Part shown: positions 27,114-40,400 of the stretch, one piece after another
Numbering within the stretch: the first letter of the stretch is position 1
How the letters are laid out: every line of letters starts with the position of its first letter
Assembly (NCBI GenBank): GCA_003344405.1
Contig: NOWV01000175.1
Span: 1 to 64,000, forward strand
Source: Trichoplax sp. H2
Lineage: Eukaryota
Length of the DNA stretch: 64,000 nucleotides
Reading direction: 5' to 3'
Program-made: the position numbers and the translations under genes
Notes under the pieces: model-generated
The model's database searches: none
What the model was told of the DNA's origin: nothing
The model's input: the letters and a program-made list of their open reading frames with translations, nothing else

Positions 27114-28439
27114 TTATTGAGTAAAATATGCCGGAACGATATCAAATATCAGTTTATACAAGTTTTTACTGAACAACATACAGTTTTCGGATCTAAGCAA
27201 CTGATGTAATTTTATTCCTATATTGATTTCTTTCTTCTTGTGAACTTCTCTAAATTTTCCTGTCTCGCATTCAAGATCGTGATATTCGAGAATGTCAACG
27301 ACGTTAATTATTGCTGCCTCTCGTAAATCACTCCATAACTCTTCATGGCTGGCAATTCTGTAGCTGTTAATTCGCTTATGTCTGACGCTACTAATCAGGC
27401 TAACATAGCTTTTTTCCGCGATTACAGCACCGGTCACATTATCTCGTCTAATAAAAGGACCTTTATCCAACAAGGAATCTTGAAACTTTGAATTACCTTC
27501 TATTTTCTGCATATCGCCGCTACATAAACTAATCCTAACGTCACCCAATCCAGATTCATTTTTATAATCAATTTTAGCAAACAATGTATCCTCTTTATTT
27601 GTCATCAGTTGCATGTCAGTATCATAATCGGCATAACGATGAATATTAAAATCAGTAGGTTTAAATGTAATTCTAAAAACTTCTTTCTTACTTAGAAATG
27701 GTAAGGATAAATTATGGAAAGTATCCTTTTGATTATAATTAAGTTTGCAACAGACTGGATAGAATGAAGTTTTGATGGTACTATATTTCTTTGAAGGTGT
27801 CGTTGTAGGCTAAAATCCGTTAACAAAAGTTTTAAACTTATGGATGGGCATTCTCTTTTGACGCAAATCTAAACCGGTTACTAAAATATAACCGTATCGG
27901 ATAGTTGCAAATAAGTTTTCCATAGCTACAGAATCAATCTGCTTATTCATAACATCATTTATCCAGTGCTGCAATATAAGTGTTAAATCGTTAATGTCAA
28001 CTTGGCTAGTATCCACAGTGTGTTTTAGATAAGGTGTATAAAATTGCTTATGGGTATCACACTCATAACGATGGATGAAATTGTTGTCTTCCTTAATTTG
28101 CACCAATTGGTCGTCATCAATTGAACCTCTTATTAATAAGAACTTCCAAATTTGTAAATGATTAACTTGATCACCGTCTTTCGGTAAAGGCTGATGTTTG
28201 TTGTTGCTTTTTACATTCAGAGCTTCAAGATCACTAGTTCGCTTATTAAGTCTACTTTGGTAATTATCAACATAATTTGTTCTATAGCTATTCCAATTGT
28301 AGGCATGAGGATGAGAAGAACTTTTGTCATGTTTAGCCCTCCAACTTAATTGCTTTTCTGCACAATTTAAACTTTTCTTTCCAACTGAGTCTAAACCTAT
28401 TTTCTTCAAATTGTTATCATCAACATCTTTAGACGCCAT
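27114..28439 (-). pseudogene. Cluster member 1 (CYTH/Cet1-like repeat family): single reading frame interrupted by one in-frame TAG at 27812-27810
   Basis: ORFs 27810-28505 and 27114-27614 are in the same frame. The 65 codons between them are open and homologous (PTTTPSKKYSTIKTSFYPV..KEVFRITF..YADYD). The likely start is MASKD at 28439, as in the MASS/MASK starts of the paralogues. Confidence 0.8.
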
Positions 28440-29774
28440 TTTCTTTACGTGAGTTTTAACTATCAAGACTTCTTGAACCAATAACAATCCAGTACGTAGA
28501 AGCATATCGTTCCAAGGGATATTTAGAAAGCTTTTTGTTATTGTTTCTGGCCAGTGCTAACACAATAAGTTGCTGCAGTCGAATAAAATCTTGTATCAAG
28601 AGTGCAAACATCCTTATTAACTACTATTGTCACATTATTATAATCGTTAGACCGCTTTTGTCTAAATTAAGAAAAAAAATTCTCACTTGTGTTCTCATCT
28701 GTTCTCCTGATTATAGCATGTCAATTTTGCTATATTAGCTCAACTTGTGAACTTTTACGTATACCATCATTCAATGAATTCATAGCTAGGATACATCTAA
28801 TTATATAAGCCAAGAAATGGTTACTTAGTCTTACTACGATAATATATGGATTTATAATACATACAGTAAGTACCGCTACGATCGGAATCTACTGTAAAAA
28901 AAGCACTATAGCAATTTCACAGCAACACTCGCTCTTTTCACGAATTACCCATAGTAACAATAGGGAAGATAATTTTGCATTGCGATAATTAAGCCAACTG
29001 AAGCAAATTTCGAATATTTTATATTGCTGTCTTAAAACAAATATAATTATTTGGATTCAAAAAACGTAAAAGTGTCCAGAGAGTTCCATCTTAAAACTGG
29101 GTTTATTTTCTCAAGAAAATTCCCATGATATAGAATATAGCCTGCTTGTAAACAAATTTTTACTCATTATACAAACATTAATTTAGGCTTGGTCAAATTG
29201 ATAAACATATCATCGTAAGCTCTTATATAATTATAATTTCGTATTCTTCTTGTCTAAATCAACTAATCATGCCTGTGCTATCGAACATATGTTTCCATCT
29301 ATCGCAACAAAACAACTAATAACAGTTCATAGTAAACTTTATATCGTTAATTAAACAACATTAGTCATACATATCCTCTCTAAACACATCCAGATCTAAC
29401 TAGCGTACAATAATCAAGAAAGGTAGTGTTTACCATAAGTTATCTTATAAAATACGACTATTGTTATGCTATGTTTTTTGGCTTTCCAAAGAAAAATACA
29501 ATAGAGTGCTTAGTTCTTATTATGACTCCTTTTAACATTTCATTCTAGCATTATCAGGCTGCGTTAAACTAGTAACGATTTTAGTTCATCTAAACTAGCA
29601 CAAAATTTCCAACCCATGATAACGGCAGTATTCATAATAATACGTAAAACTTGCGATATTCTATAATCATGGTATCAATACGTGGAATAAATACTTATTT
29701 GAAGTACATCAGCTAGTTTTCAATATTTCTATGAGCTCCACTAAATGTAGTACATAGCTAAACAGCTTTATATT

Positions 29775-30165
29775 GAGTTATTAGCCGACTCATACCGTAC
29801 TAAGAGCTTATTATTTACTTTTTAATTAGCACACTCATCATAAGCGCATTAGTAATTTCATATCTTAATCATTTTGCAAATGACTTTACGTTTATTAAAA
29901 GCGTTACAAAATAGTAGCGAGGTATACAGCAAATAAAAGATCGATCTACACAATCTACTTTACTGTATCTGCTATTAAAAGATCTATGCAGTAGCAAAGG
30001 GTAGCTTACGCCAATTGCTCGCAGCGAACAACTGGTGGCTCACGCATAGTAGTAAATTGGAAGTGATTGTTGTATAATTATAATTATAATTAACAGTTTC
30101 CTTATACAATTTCAAAAGTTCCCATATATTCTGATTTTACTAAAGATAATCTTAGGTGCAGAATG
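29775..30165. repeat. Duplicate of 33088-33480 (downstream flank of the 465-aa gene)
   Basis: Collinear similarity: gagttattagcc..actaagagctta..cactcatcataagcgc..tttgcaaatga..atacagcaaata..acaactggt..ccttatacaatt..ggtgcagaa. Confidence 0.8.
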
Positions 30166-30721
30166 ATTTCAAAACGATTTAACGTGCCAATAAATTGTAC
30201 TATACTAAAAGTATCTAAAGGATTATATCGCCATTTACAGAACATTACCCTTGGGTATTAGCGGAACTTTTATAATCTATTCTGTTTCAAATTTTTAGAT
30301 TATTAAAGCTGTTTAAACTTATCTTCATCAAATATACAGTAAACACAATATTCAGCAGTATATACTGCTCGTATTAAAGAATAATCTTATATTTCTTTCC
30401 AAATATTGAATAGCATATCGCATTAGCTATCTCGAAATAAATAGATCTGTCATCGATGAAGCTCTTTATCTATAACTACTTCTAAGCTATGAAGAAAATG
30501 ATTTTAAATAGATTTTAACAATACTTTCTCCGTTACAAATAGCTTAATTCACATTCGAAGCCTACCTAAGCTCGCTAATAGAGCCAGCTCAGTATCGGAT
30601 TGATTGTTTTCATATATCCTTGAGGAAGAAAAGAATTAAAGAATTAAAGCGAAGAATACATACGACAAATAAAATGGGATCTCGATTTATAGAAATTTAT
30701 CCCATTTTATTTTCCTATTTA

Positions 30722-30885
30722 TCCTATTTAGGCAAATACTAATTATTGGTTATAATTTAAGTGTAAAGCGTAGACTTTTTGAGGTAAATGTAATCAATCA
30801 GTACTACATCATCCAAGGCATATCTCCATTTTTTCTAAAATAATAGCCTGATATCTTCAAATTCAGGATTTCAACACAAATTCGA
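30722..30885. repeat. Duplicate of 26330-26480 (also related to 32153-32280)
   Basis: tcctatttaggcaaata..aagtgtaaagcgtagactttttgagg..tactacatcatccaaggcatatct..ctaaaataatagc.tgatatcttcaaat is shared. Confidence 0.85.
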
Positions 30886-31400
30886 ATACAGTTGTAATAA
30901 AATTCAAATGCAAAGAAGACGTTAGTGTGGATAGCAATAGCTTAATTACAATATATTGAAAGTTTAATGTTAAACGGAGGATAAAAGTAACTATTAACAG
31001 GAAGACTTCACTTCATATACAACGGGCAAACATCATTTGCCATCTTATAAGGTATAATAGCTTCCTAAGTAATTCAGTCGGAGCTTCTACTAATACCAAA
31101 GTTTCTCATATTATAATTATCGTCTATCTTTCCAAATGCGGCATAGATAACAACTGACTACATTATTCATATAATTTTAGTCGATAACACTATTATCCTT
31201 CGTTATATAATAGAAGTAAAGCTTACAGTAGTTCTTAGCATTCTTAGATACAGAAACAATATGGGAAACTCCATAGTGATTCTTTCAACTTGCTGTTGTG
31301 CATTCACATTGTAAGATAAAGGAACAGCATAAGAAATGGTACTGTACTTGCGCCTCTACATACTTCTACGATTTTACTGTCTATTACTGATCATCTATTA

Positions 31401-32027
31401 ATGGCTAGCTTGATTGGAGATGAGAGAACAGGTTCGATTTTGCCAATTCCAAGAATGAATTTATCATCATCGGGTTTTGATGTGCCTGTTCGACTAATTA
31501 GGCATCAATTTCCCGTTCGGCTAGCATTTACATCGACTATTAATAAAAGTCAAGAGGAAATATTTCATCGACGCGATGTAATGTTAAGCGGAGATTTATT
31601 TACACATGGACAGCTATATGTTGCAATAAAGAGAGTCGGGAATCCAAGAGATTTACTAATATACACAAGTCAGGCAGAACAGTTTATAAATCGAGATAGG
31701 CAAACAATTTACGATTCCTCAAGCGATTGTTTTTGAGCACGTAATGCCGTCTATCAAGAAGTTCAATGAAGTTCTGAAATTTGTGTAATTGAATGTAATA
31801 AAAATGCAATTGTACAATTATTAGGCATTATATTTGCATGATAATTTGTTATCTTTTTTGTCTATTACAGTACAGTATTAAATTAGTGCAAACGGCAACC
31901 CGGGGTAAAATTTAGTCACGATTAGAAATAGCATACTGAGATTATTCAATTATTAGAGTAATGTTTAAATAATAGTTAACGTGTTAACAGTACAACCGGG
32001 AGCAAGGTGGGGGGGGGATGAGCTAGT
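31401..32027 (+). mobile_element. Decayed Helitron: C-terminal Pif1-family helicase fragment (31401-31769) and putative 3' end CTAG at 32023-32026
   Basis: IPRMNL..RHQFPVRLAFTSTINKSQ..LFTHGQLYVAIKRV matches the Helitron RepHel consensus RQFP.RLAFAMTINKSQG..FSHGQLYVA.SRV, but key residues are altered. A frameshifted ARNAVYQEVQ* matches the typical T.N.VY.EV tail. A GC-rich stretch followed by CTAGT lies downstream. Confidence 0.85.
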
Positions 32028-32149
32028 AATCATAATAGATAATTTATTGCTACTAATATAGGATCTCCTATATCAACGTCAACAGCTATTTAAGTTAGTT
32101 AATCTCGCTAACCTTACAACTGTTAACCTCGAAGTTAATTTCATCACAT

Positions 32150-33087
32150 TCCAGCATAGACTTTTTCGAGGCAAATGCAATCAATCAATGCTATACCATC
32201 TAAAGCAGATATCCTTTTTTTTAAAGTAATGGCTTGATATTTTCAAATACATGATTTATTCACAAATTCAGCATACTGTATAATTAACTTCAAAGTCAAT
32301 TTTTTCCCTTGCCGAAATAGATTCTGATATTCAATACTAGAAATAAGACACCTTTACTTCGACAAGAGTGAATTTTTATCTTCGAAATTCAACCATAAAG
32401 TTAAAGTCTAAGATAAATTGTCTGCCTTGTTGTATCTATATCTAAGGGCCTCAGCGTACTACATGTAAAAACTGTATCCAAAGTTTTCAGCTAAAGATTC
32501 TTCATGAACTTATACCTTCATCTATGAATTTTTATTATAAAGCTACGTAGCATTTCAAGCAGACTTACATATCGCAAAACCACATTTATGAAATTACTTA
32601 GATATAACTTTCATATTATTTATAATCCATACATTCACATGATTCTAAGGATAACCTCAATCGAATAGACAATTGATAATCATTTTTACATACGTTATTG
32701 TCAACTAAATAGCTACCTTCTACATTCTAAAGATAGAATTCATTAGAAAACTTGTAATGCGAGTGCCAAAGTAAATGATCATAAAATTTGTAAATTATTG
32801 TTTTAATTACAAAATTTCGCTTGAGCATATTCTCTTCATCAAGAAGATTTACTTAAGCAAGACTACTATCCAAAACTTGTACAAAGTGGAAACATTACTG
32901 ATAAAATGTTAAGTAAAATATGCTGGAACGATATCAAATATCAGTTTATACAAATTTTTACTAAACAAGAAAGAGTTTTTGTGACTAAGTAATTGATGTA
33001 ATTTTATTCCTATATTGATTTCTTTCTTCTTGTGAACTTCTCTAAATTCGCCAGTCTCATAATCAAGATCGTGATATTCGAGAATGT
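32150..33087. repeat. Segmental duplicate of ~26365-27295
   Basis: Long collinear similarity (e.g. taagacacctttac.tcgacaagag, tgtatccaaag, agacttacatatcgca, ttacttaagcaagactacta) running into the gene 3' end. Confidence 0.85.
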
Positions 33088-33088
33088 T
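32909..33088 (-). pseudogene. Cluster member 2: isolated 3' fragment, close copy of the member 1 C-terminus
   Basis: NILEYHDLDYETGEFREVHKKKEINIGIKLHQLLSHKNSFLFSKNLYKLIFDIVPAYFT* versus DILEYHDLECETGKFREVHKKKEINIGIKLHQLLRSENCMLFSKNLYKLIFDIVPAYFTQ*. Confidence 0.85.
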
Positions 33089-33716
33089 GAGTTATTAGCC
33101 AACACATGCCTTACTAAGAGCTTACTATTTACTCCATAATTAGTGCGCACTCATCATAAGCGCTTTGCTTATATCATATTATCATCACTTTGCAAATGAT
33201 TTTACGTTTATTTAAAGCATTGCAAAATAATAGCAAGGCATACAGCAAATACATTGTCGATTCCTACACAATCTACTCTACCGTATCTACCATTGAAAGT
33301 TCTTGAGCAATAGTAAAGAGCAACTTACGCCTATCTTTCGTGGCTGACAACTGGTAGTTTACGCATGATAGTAAATTCGAACTGATTGCAGTATAATTAT
33401 GATTAACAGTTTCTTTTCTCCTTATACAATTTTGAAATTCCCTTATACTCTTATTTTACAGGAAATAATCTATGGTGCAGAAATAGCGGGAAAATAGAAG
33501 TGTCTCTAATAATTATTTAGTAATGCTTCAGTTGATTGATTGATTATTATAAACTAATTATACACATTTAAAATCGCATCAACTTGATGAATATTATTTA
33601 GATAGCACTCTCTACTTTATTTACTAACTATATTGCAAGACAGAATAACAATCAAAGGCATACAGTAAGTCATCAATTATTAGAAAGCTTTACCTTTATT
33701 TTTAATTTGCATTACG

Positions 33717-35114
33717 TTAATTATCACGCAGGTAAGCCGGTAAAACTGTGGCTCGCAACTCACAGTATTCACGTCTGAATATTGAGCTTAGTTGGATTCC
33801 CAAATTAACTTCTAATTTTTCATGAATTTCGTTAAATTTACCTGTTTTGCGATCTAATTGCAGGTATTCCGCAATTTTCGAAACATTGATGACTGTGGCC
33901 ATTCGCAACTCATCCCATAGCTCCGCATTAGCGGCAAACTTTAAGGTCTTTATTTTCTTATGCCTAACATTGCTTATTCTCTTAGTACAGGCTTTCTCTA
34001 CTATTACAGCACCACTTGTTTCTTCTAGTTTTATAAGTGGAGATTCATCAGTTATAGTATTTAGCCTTTGGGCAAGAAGTGCTTCCGTGCATTCAGAATT
34101 ATTTTTCGCGATCGAAATTCGAACATCATTTCCTCCAGTAGGATCTTTGATATCCAGTTTTAAATAAGCTATGTCTTCCTTGCTACTTATTAGATTCATT
34201 TGGCTATCATAGTCTATATAACTACGAATTTTGCTGTCTTGAGTGACAAACGAGATTCTAAATGTTTCCCATTCTTCATCTAAAACCAAGGATGAGCTTT
34301 TATCTAGGCTGTCATATTTACATGGATACTTATTGTAGATGGGAAAGAAAGCAGTTTTAATACGACATATTCGCTTTCTTTTAGGATTACTACTGTTAGC
34401 TGAAGGTGACATCCAATTCAGATGCTGTTTCAATTGTTGATGTGACATTCGATCAACATATGGTTCTAGATTTGTTATATAGAAACAACCGTAACAAACT
34501 TTGATGAACATTTGGTCCATATCTGAAGGATCGATGCACTCAGTCATAACATTATCAATCCATTGCTGGAATATAGCGGAAAATTCTCGGATTTCTTTCC
34601 TGTCATCATTTTGAAATTGCGAAATATAAGGAGTATAATATATTATTTCATCACCGTCAGTACCATAACAAGCATCTAAATGCTTTCTAAATTCTACTAT
34701 TTGGTCATCTGAGCAGGAACCACGCAATCTAAACAATTTCCACGCTTTTACTTTTTCATTATGTGATCTTCGGTTACTTAAGCATTTGTTGCCACGATTT
34801 TGCCTAGATCCATTATTGAAAGCATTTGAATTGAAATTTTGATTGCGACTAAAGTTTTGTTCGCCACGATGGCTTCGACTTGAAGAATCATTATTTCGGT
34901 AACTACTATGATGATAGTTTTTACTATCTTGTGAATTAAAATTTCGGCTGTAATTAGGTGTTCTCCTGGTGTTGTTAGTTTGTCGTTGATTGCTATGTGG
35001 AGGGGCACTGTTACTAGCAGATTTTGGTAGTTTGATATTCTTTATTCCATCAATGCATTCATCGAAAGATTTTTCGTAACCATTGCCATCATTCTGATGT
35101 GAGCTGGAAGCCAT
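33717..35114 (-). CDS. Cluster member 3: 465-aa protein with N/S/R-rich low-complexity N-terminus and one repeat unit (putative degenerate CYTH/Cet1-like domain)
   Basis: Uninterrupted 465-codon ORF in AT-rich DNA. Shares YTPYI, QQWI, VCYG, KTAFFP, LVLDEEWETFRI, YLKLDIK..DVRISI, NVRHKK, ELW..LR, EY..LD..TGKF and KLEVN with its neighbours. The fold assignment is inference. Confidence 0.85.
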   Translation of the reverse strand: MASSSHQNDGNGYEKSFDECIDGIKNIKLPKSASNSAPPHSNQRQTNNTRRTPNYSRNFNSQDSKNYHHSSYRNNDSSSRSHRGEQNFSRNQNFNSNAFNNGSRQNRGNKCLSNRRSHNEKVKAWKLFRLRGSCSDDQIVEFRKHLDACYGTDGDEIIYYTPYISQFQNDDRKEIREFSAIFQQWIDNVMTECIDPSDMDQMFIKVCYGCFYITNLEPYVDRMSHQQLKQHLNWMSPSANSSNPKRKRICRIKTAFFPIYNKYPCKYDSLDKSSSLVLDEEWETFRISFVTQDSKIRSYIDYDSQMNLISSKEDIAYLKLDIKDPTGGNDVRISIAKNNSECTEALLAQRLNTITDESPLIKLEETSGAVIVEKACTKRISNVRHKKIKTLKFAANAELWDELRMATVINVSKIAEYLQLDRKTGKFNEIHEKLEVNLGIQLSSIFRREYCELRATVLPAYLRDN

Positions 35115-37438
35115 TTCTGGGTGTAAGATAGTTTTTATAGTAGATAGTAGCCAATATGGAAATTCTTTGGCAATTATAGCCTAAGCCTAACCGCGGATTT
35201 ACATATGCCTGTTAGAAAAAATGATGACATTGGTATGATCGATTTTCCGTGATTATAGTCTGTATTTATTCAACACAGCTGGGGTGCACTAATTTATTCA
35301 TTCAACTATTATACATTCTATCCATGAAAGAATTGGTTATTGTTATAATTGATGTAATAATAACGCAGACTAAATTTATTTCCTAGTTACTAGTATGTCA
35401 GCAGCTATACTTCTACAGATTATAATACCAACTAATCAAACTTACTGATGTCTCATGGTTCAATTTCTCAACACGACCAGTAAAGTTTATGAATAGTGTT
35501 TCCTATAGGAAAGTATCATAACACTATATTACTTTTTATCTCTAACTCATATAGAATTGCTCTCATTAATTTATATCCAAACTGACGACGAAATCACATG
35601 AATAGGTTAGACGTAGGCATCCAATCGGAGATGATAAGCTACGCAAAGATTCACGAAATGCAAAATTGATTTAAAATGATTGTGGCCGAAAAATTCTATT
35701 TACTTAATTGATATAAGAAATCATTAAGAATCACAATTAACGCTTTTAGTATAAACATAGCAGTAAATCTTTCTAATAATAAAACAAATATTTTTTCTTC
35801 GTGCATTAACTAAACAGTTGTTACTTAATATGTCCGACAGAATTTCTATCTATAACCACTTATTAAAGCAACACACCCAATATCGCAAAACTACAAATGT
35901 TACCCTCTAGGCTACTACAGAAATACTATATTCTACCGTACTACTATCGGAATATTAGTAAGGATAAAGACCATTGCGTTACAGTCACTTCATAACATAT
36001 GGGTTACAAATCGAAATTTATAACAAGAAAAAGTTAAACTACTACAGAAAACTAGTACTATAAGTCTATTGTCAGATTTGTCTTCCACGACTTCTACCAG
36101 CAGTACAACTCTAAATAATAACAATCTCCTATCGTCATGAGAAATAGTAACTCTATCAGTCTCTTTTAGACAAAATTGAAACCAAACTTTATTGAAAAGT
36201 CAAGCAACAGATAGTAAATCGACGTAAACATTTAATGTTTGTAGATAATATTCTACAGCAATGTAGATATCTATTAAAACGTCATAGATAATTTATTACT
36301 AATACATTCCTAGATAAGTTATCTTATGGAAATTATGTTACGACAGTGATACAAAAGTTACTACTTAACAATAAGAAGGAAACAATATATGTGTTTGCTT
36401 AATCTGCTTTATATCGGAAATTAATGCAAATTATGTTTACTCTTGCATAGTTTCAGTTATGACATCATGCAAATGCGGAAGTAAAATCTTACTACTTATT
36501 GAGAAAGCACGTAGCACCTACGTTGGGTACTACTATCGAAGCATTAACAATCTGTAGTAATTTCAGCTAATTACAGTAATTTTGTGTAGGCAATACAGCG
36601 ATAGTATGTACACAATTATAATTTAATCACATATTTCAAAGCAAAGTCGGTTTTGGATTCTAATTAGTTAAGCTGCCTTCTTAGTTTAAAAATAGTTTCC
36701 GCAAGTAATGACTTTGAACCAATTACTGAGGAAATTGAGTCAAATACTAACAGTATTAGAGTTTATTTGCAATATGTTGAGTGTTTACCACTAGATATTA
36801 AATAGAAGCAAAAATTCCAGTTGTAGTAACTAATAGGCAAGAAAGCAGCCAAGATTAAACTTCAGCATAAACGAAAAATAGATTTGCTCAAAAATAAGAA
36901 TTGAAGTTTATTTCATAAGAATAGAGTTTAAGTACAAACCAGAACGTTAACTGTTAATTTACGATATTTAACTTTACGTACAATGTTCACCGCATGAATT
37001 TGCCATCGTGTTTCAGCTAGCGTTGAGCTATTAAATTATCATTTAAGACAATATCAACTAATACATTTCGTAGCAATTAATTCTGATACGTTTTGTTATT
37101 TCGTATAGAACTGTATTATGCATGATCAGACTTTGTAGATATTTGGGACAAGTTATAATCTATATTTACTCTATATAAAAGTGAGGAATTTGTTGTTGGC
37201 ATCACTTTTTACGTATCATGTTCTAACTTGACTATCTTAGCCTTTCAAGGATTGATAGTAAAGGCTTAAATTGCTTATTTATTTTTCTGTTAAGTAATGG
37301 ATAAATAGCTGTCAGATGAAATTATGATTGGATTATGTAAATACATATACCCGTACCTTTAATTTATGATAACTATAAATTATATGTGATTCATGACAAT
37401 CCATTAAAGGATAGTGTTTCATGGCCTATTATTGACCA

Positions 37439-40400
37439 TTATTGACTACTTAAATATCTCGGTAAAATTATAAACATTAATTTATGTAAATTTTCTGCTA
37501 ATAACCGACAGTTTTCTTGACGTATCATCGAATCCAATTGAAATCTGATGTTGACTTCTACTTTTTCATGCCTTTCATGAAATCGACCACTAGATCGATC
37601 TAACATGAAATATTCTACAACATCAGCAATTCTGACGGTAATTGCTTGTCGTAATTTATCCCACAACGGGACATTATCCGATAACTTGAAATGTCTTGCT
37701 TTTTTGTGTCTAACGTTATATACAAAGTCTGTATATACCTTTCCTACCATGACGTGATCAGTATATCGATCTCTAGTTAAAATGGCAGGCTCATCTGCTT
37801 CCATTTTGAACATCTTTGAGGAAAGTTTCTCATTTTCAAATTCATTATTATGAATAGAAATTCGCACATCTCGTCCTTTACCGGAATTTTTGATATCTAG
37901 TTTTAAATACGTTTTATCTTCGTAATTAGCTATCAATTCCATCTGATCGTTGAAATCGGCGTAATCTAAAATTTTGCTATCACCAGAGTTAAAGGCAATT
38001 CTATATGTTTCACCGACATGATCCAAAACTAACGCTCCACTTTTAGCTATATCATCGTCATAATTTTCGTAGGCAGGGTAAAAGCCCGTTCTTATCGTAC
38101 GATGGAATTCATAGGAATTCTTCTTCTTCCTACGAGGTGGGAGCATAATCTTAAGTAGGTCTTCTTTAAATTCTTCAACTGTCATTCTATACGTGTATGG
38201 CTTTAGTTCGGTTAGGTAAACGTGACCATAGCGAAGTTTCATATAAAATTTGGGTAGTTTTGAAGCAATAGCATAATTTCTCTCCGCTGTACTAATCCAT
38301 TTCTGGAGCTTGTTCGATAACTCGTTAATTTCTTCATAATCAGTATTATAATTATACGTGATATGTGGTGCGTAAAACGGATTACTATTATTCGCTAAAG
38401 CTCTATAATATCTATCCATTCGATAACAGGCATCCTTATCATATTTATGAAATTCTACCATTTGATAGTCCATGTAAGAATGACGCAATAAAAGGAACTT
38501 AATCTTTGTATTATTACGTCTGCGATTAGAAGGGCCTCTATTCCCGAAAAGTTTTCGAAATTTGTTCTTGAAGACACTTCGATAATACTGATTGCTACGT
38601 AGAGTTCGTTTTACCAAATATTCTGGCAATATTGTAAACATTATCTTGTGTAAATTTTGTGCTAACATGTGGCAATCCCCACTTTGCAGGATTGAATTTA
38701 ATGGCATCTTAACGTTCAGTTCTTTACTTGTAAATGATTTCTTAAATCGGCCAGTACTTTTATCTAATTGAGAATAGTTTGTAGTATCTGTAACCTGTAT
38801 AATAATTAGCTGTCTTAGATCCTCTGATAAATCTACTTGTGCTGAGAACTTGAAATATTTTGTTCGGTTGCGCCTAACATTTCGAATATACTCCGTATAT
38901 GCCTTTCCCACAATGATGTCGTCAGTAGTTTTATCTCGTGTTATGATTGGACACTTATCTATAGCTATATCTTGCCATTTAGATGGAATATCTTGTGTAT
39001 TCTGATAGTCATTTCCAATGAAAGAAATTCGAAAATCTTTTCCATAGCCAGAATTTTTAACATCAAGCTTTAAGTATGTTCTATCTTCGTTATAAGATAT
39101 TAACTCTATCTCGTCGTTAGCGAATTTACAATCGGCATAAGCACAAATTCTATAGTCATCGATATCGAAGGCAATTCTGAATATTTCCTCTTCATGATCC
39201 AAAACCAATGATGGCTTCTCTTGCAAATCAGCGTAGTCGAGTAGATCTTTATGACAGTTAGAAGTAAAACCGGTTAAGATGCGATTATCAGGATTTACTT
39301 GACGACTGTTTAGACGTTCTTTAAATTGAGTAATTGGCATTTCTGTAACGAACGGTTGTAGTTTTGCTAAGTACATACGACCACATCGAATGCTAGCGTT
39401 TAAGTTGTCAAATACTGAAGGATCACTGCATTCTGCCACAACTTTACCTATCCATAGCTGGAACATTGTCGATAATTCCTCGATTTCATCATTGCAAGTA
39501 TCAGGTGTAGGTAAAATCTGAGAATATGGTAAAGGCCTGCTGCTACTATTTAATGGCTTATAATTTATTTTGAAATTGCAGCCAAAACCTTCACGCTCAT
39601 AAAATTTTGCTTTCTGACTATGCCCAGAAGAGTGACGTAGTAATACTAATTTCCATGTTTTGAATTGCTCGTGAGGTAGCCTACCGTTTAATAATTTCAT
39701 TTTCCCATCATCCTGTCGATAACCGTGTTTAGACATTTTAGGGTTCCAATTTCGACTCCATTTCACTATTTGATGGCCATATTGATTTAGCTTTACAAAG
39801 TATTTAGGCAAAGTGATGAAAATTAACTTGTGCAAATTTTCCGCAAATAGCGTCAAGTTTTCAAGCCGTAGTATTGAGTTTAATTTAATTCTAATATTTA
39901 TCTCTGCCTTATCAAGTCGTCGATTAAATCGACCGATCTTTCGATCTAAGTAAGAATATTCGATGATATCTGAAGCTTCAATGACGATATTCTGTCGTAG
40001 AGCTTCCCATATTTCGACATCTTTGGATAATTTAAAAAATTTCGTCTTCTTACAACGAACATGACGAACGTCGCCATATTCTTTTGCTACAACGATATCA
40101 TCAGTATCTCTATTATATTGTAGAATAGGAGTAGATTTTTTTATCGTAGTATTTTTTCTATACCCTGCGACAGTTTCCGTCCCATTTTGACAATTATTAC
40201 CAGTAATGGAAATCTGGACATCGGGAGAACATGGAGAATTTCGGATGTCAAATTGTAAATAAGTCATGCTATTATCTTTACGTATCAATTCCATTCGATT
40301 ATTATAGTCAGCCTGCTGGTATATTTTGTTTTTATCATAACCTGAAACGACTGTAAATGTTTGTTCTTCGTTATCCAAAATTAATGGTGGATTTCTTTCT

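Noticed and set aside
28440-28505. Upstream ATG (MLLRTG..) as the start of member 1
   Set aside because: The paralogues start MAS in an aaATGG context, matching the ATG at 28439.
31401-31736. Cellular PIF1 gene or active Helitron
   Set aside because: Only the C-terminal motifs remain, with substitutions in conserved positions (KSQE for KSQG, IKRV for LSRV), a frameshift, and no recognisable Rep/HUH domain.
33847-35008. Antisense or alternative-frame ORFs over the 465-aa gene (similarly 40804-41136, 14958-15290, 45050-45283)
   Set aside because: These are shadow ORFs of real coding sequence with no independent support.
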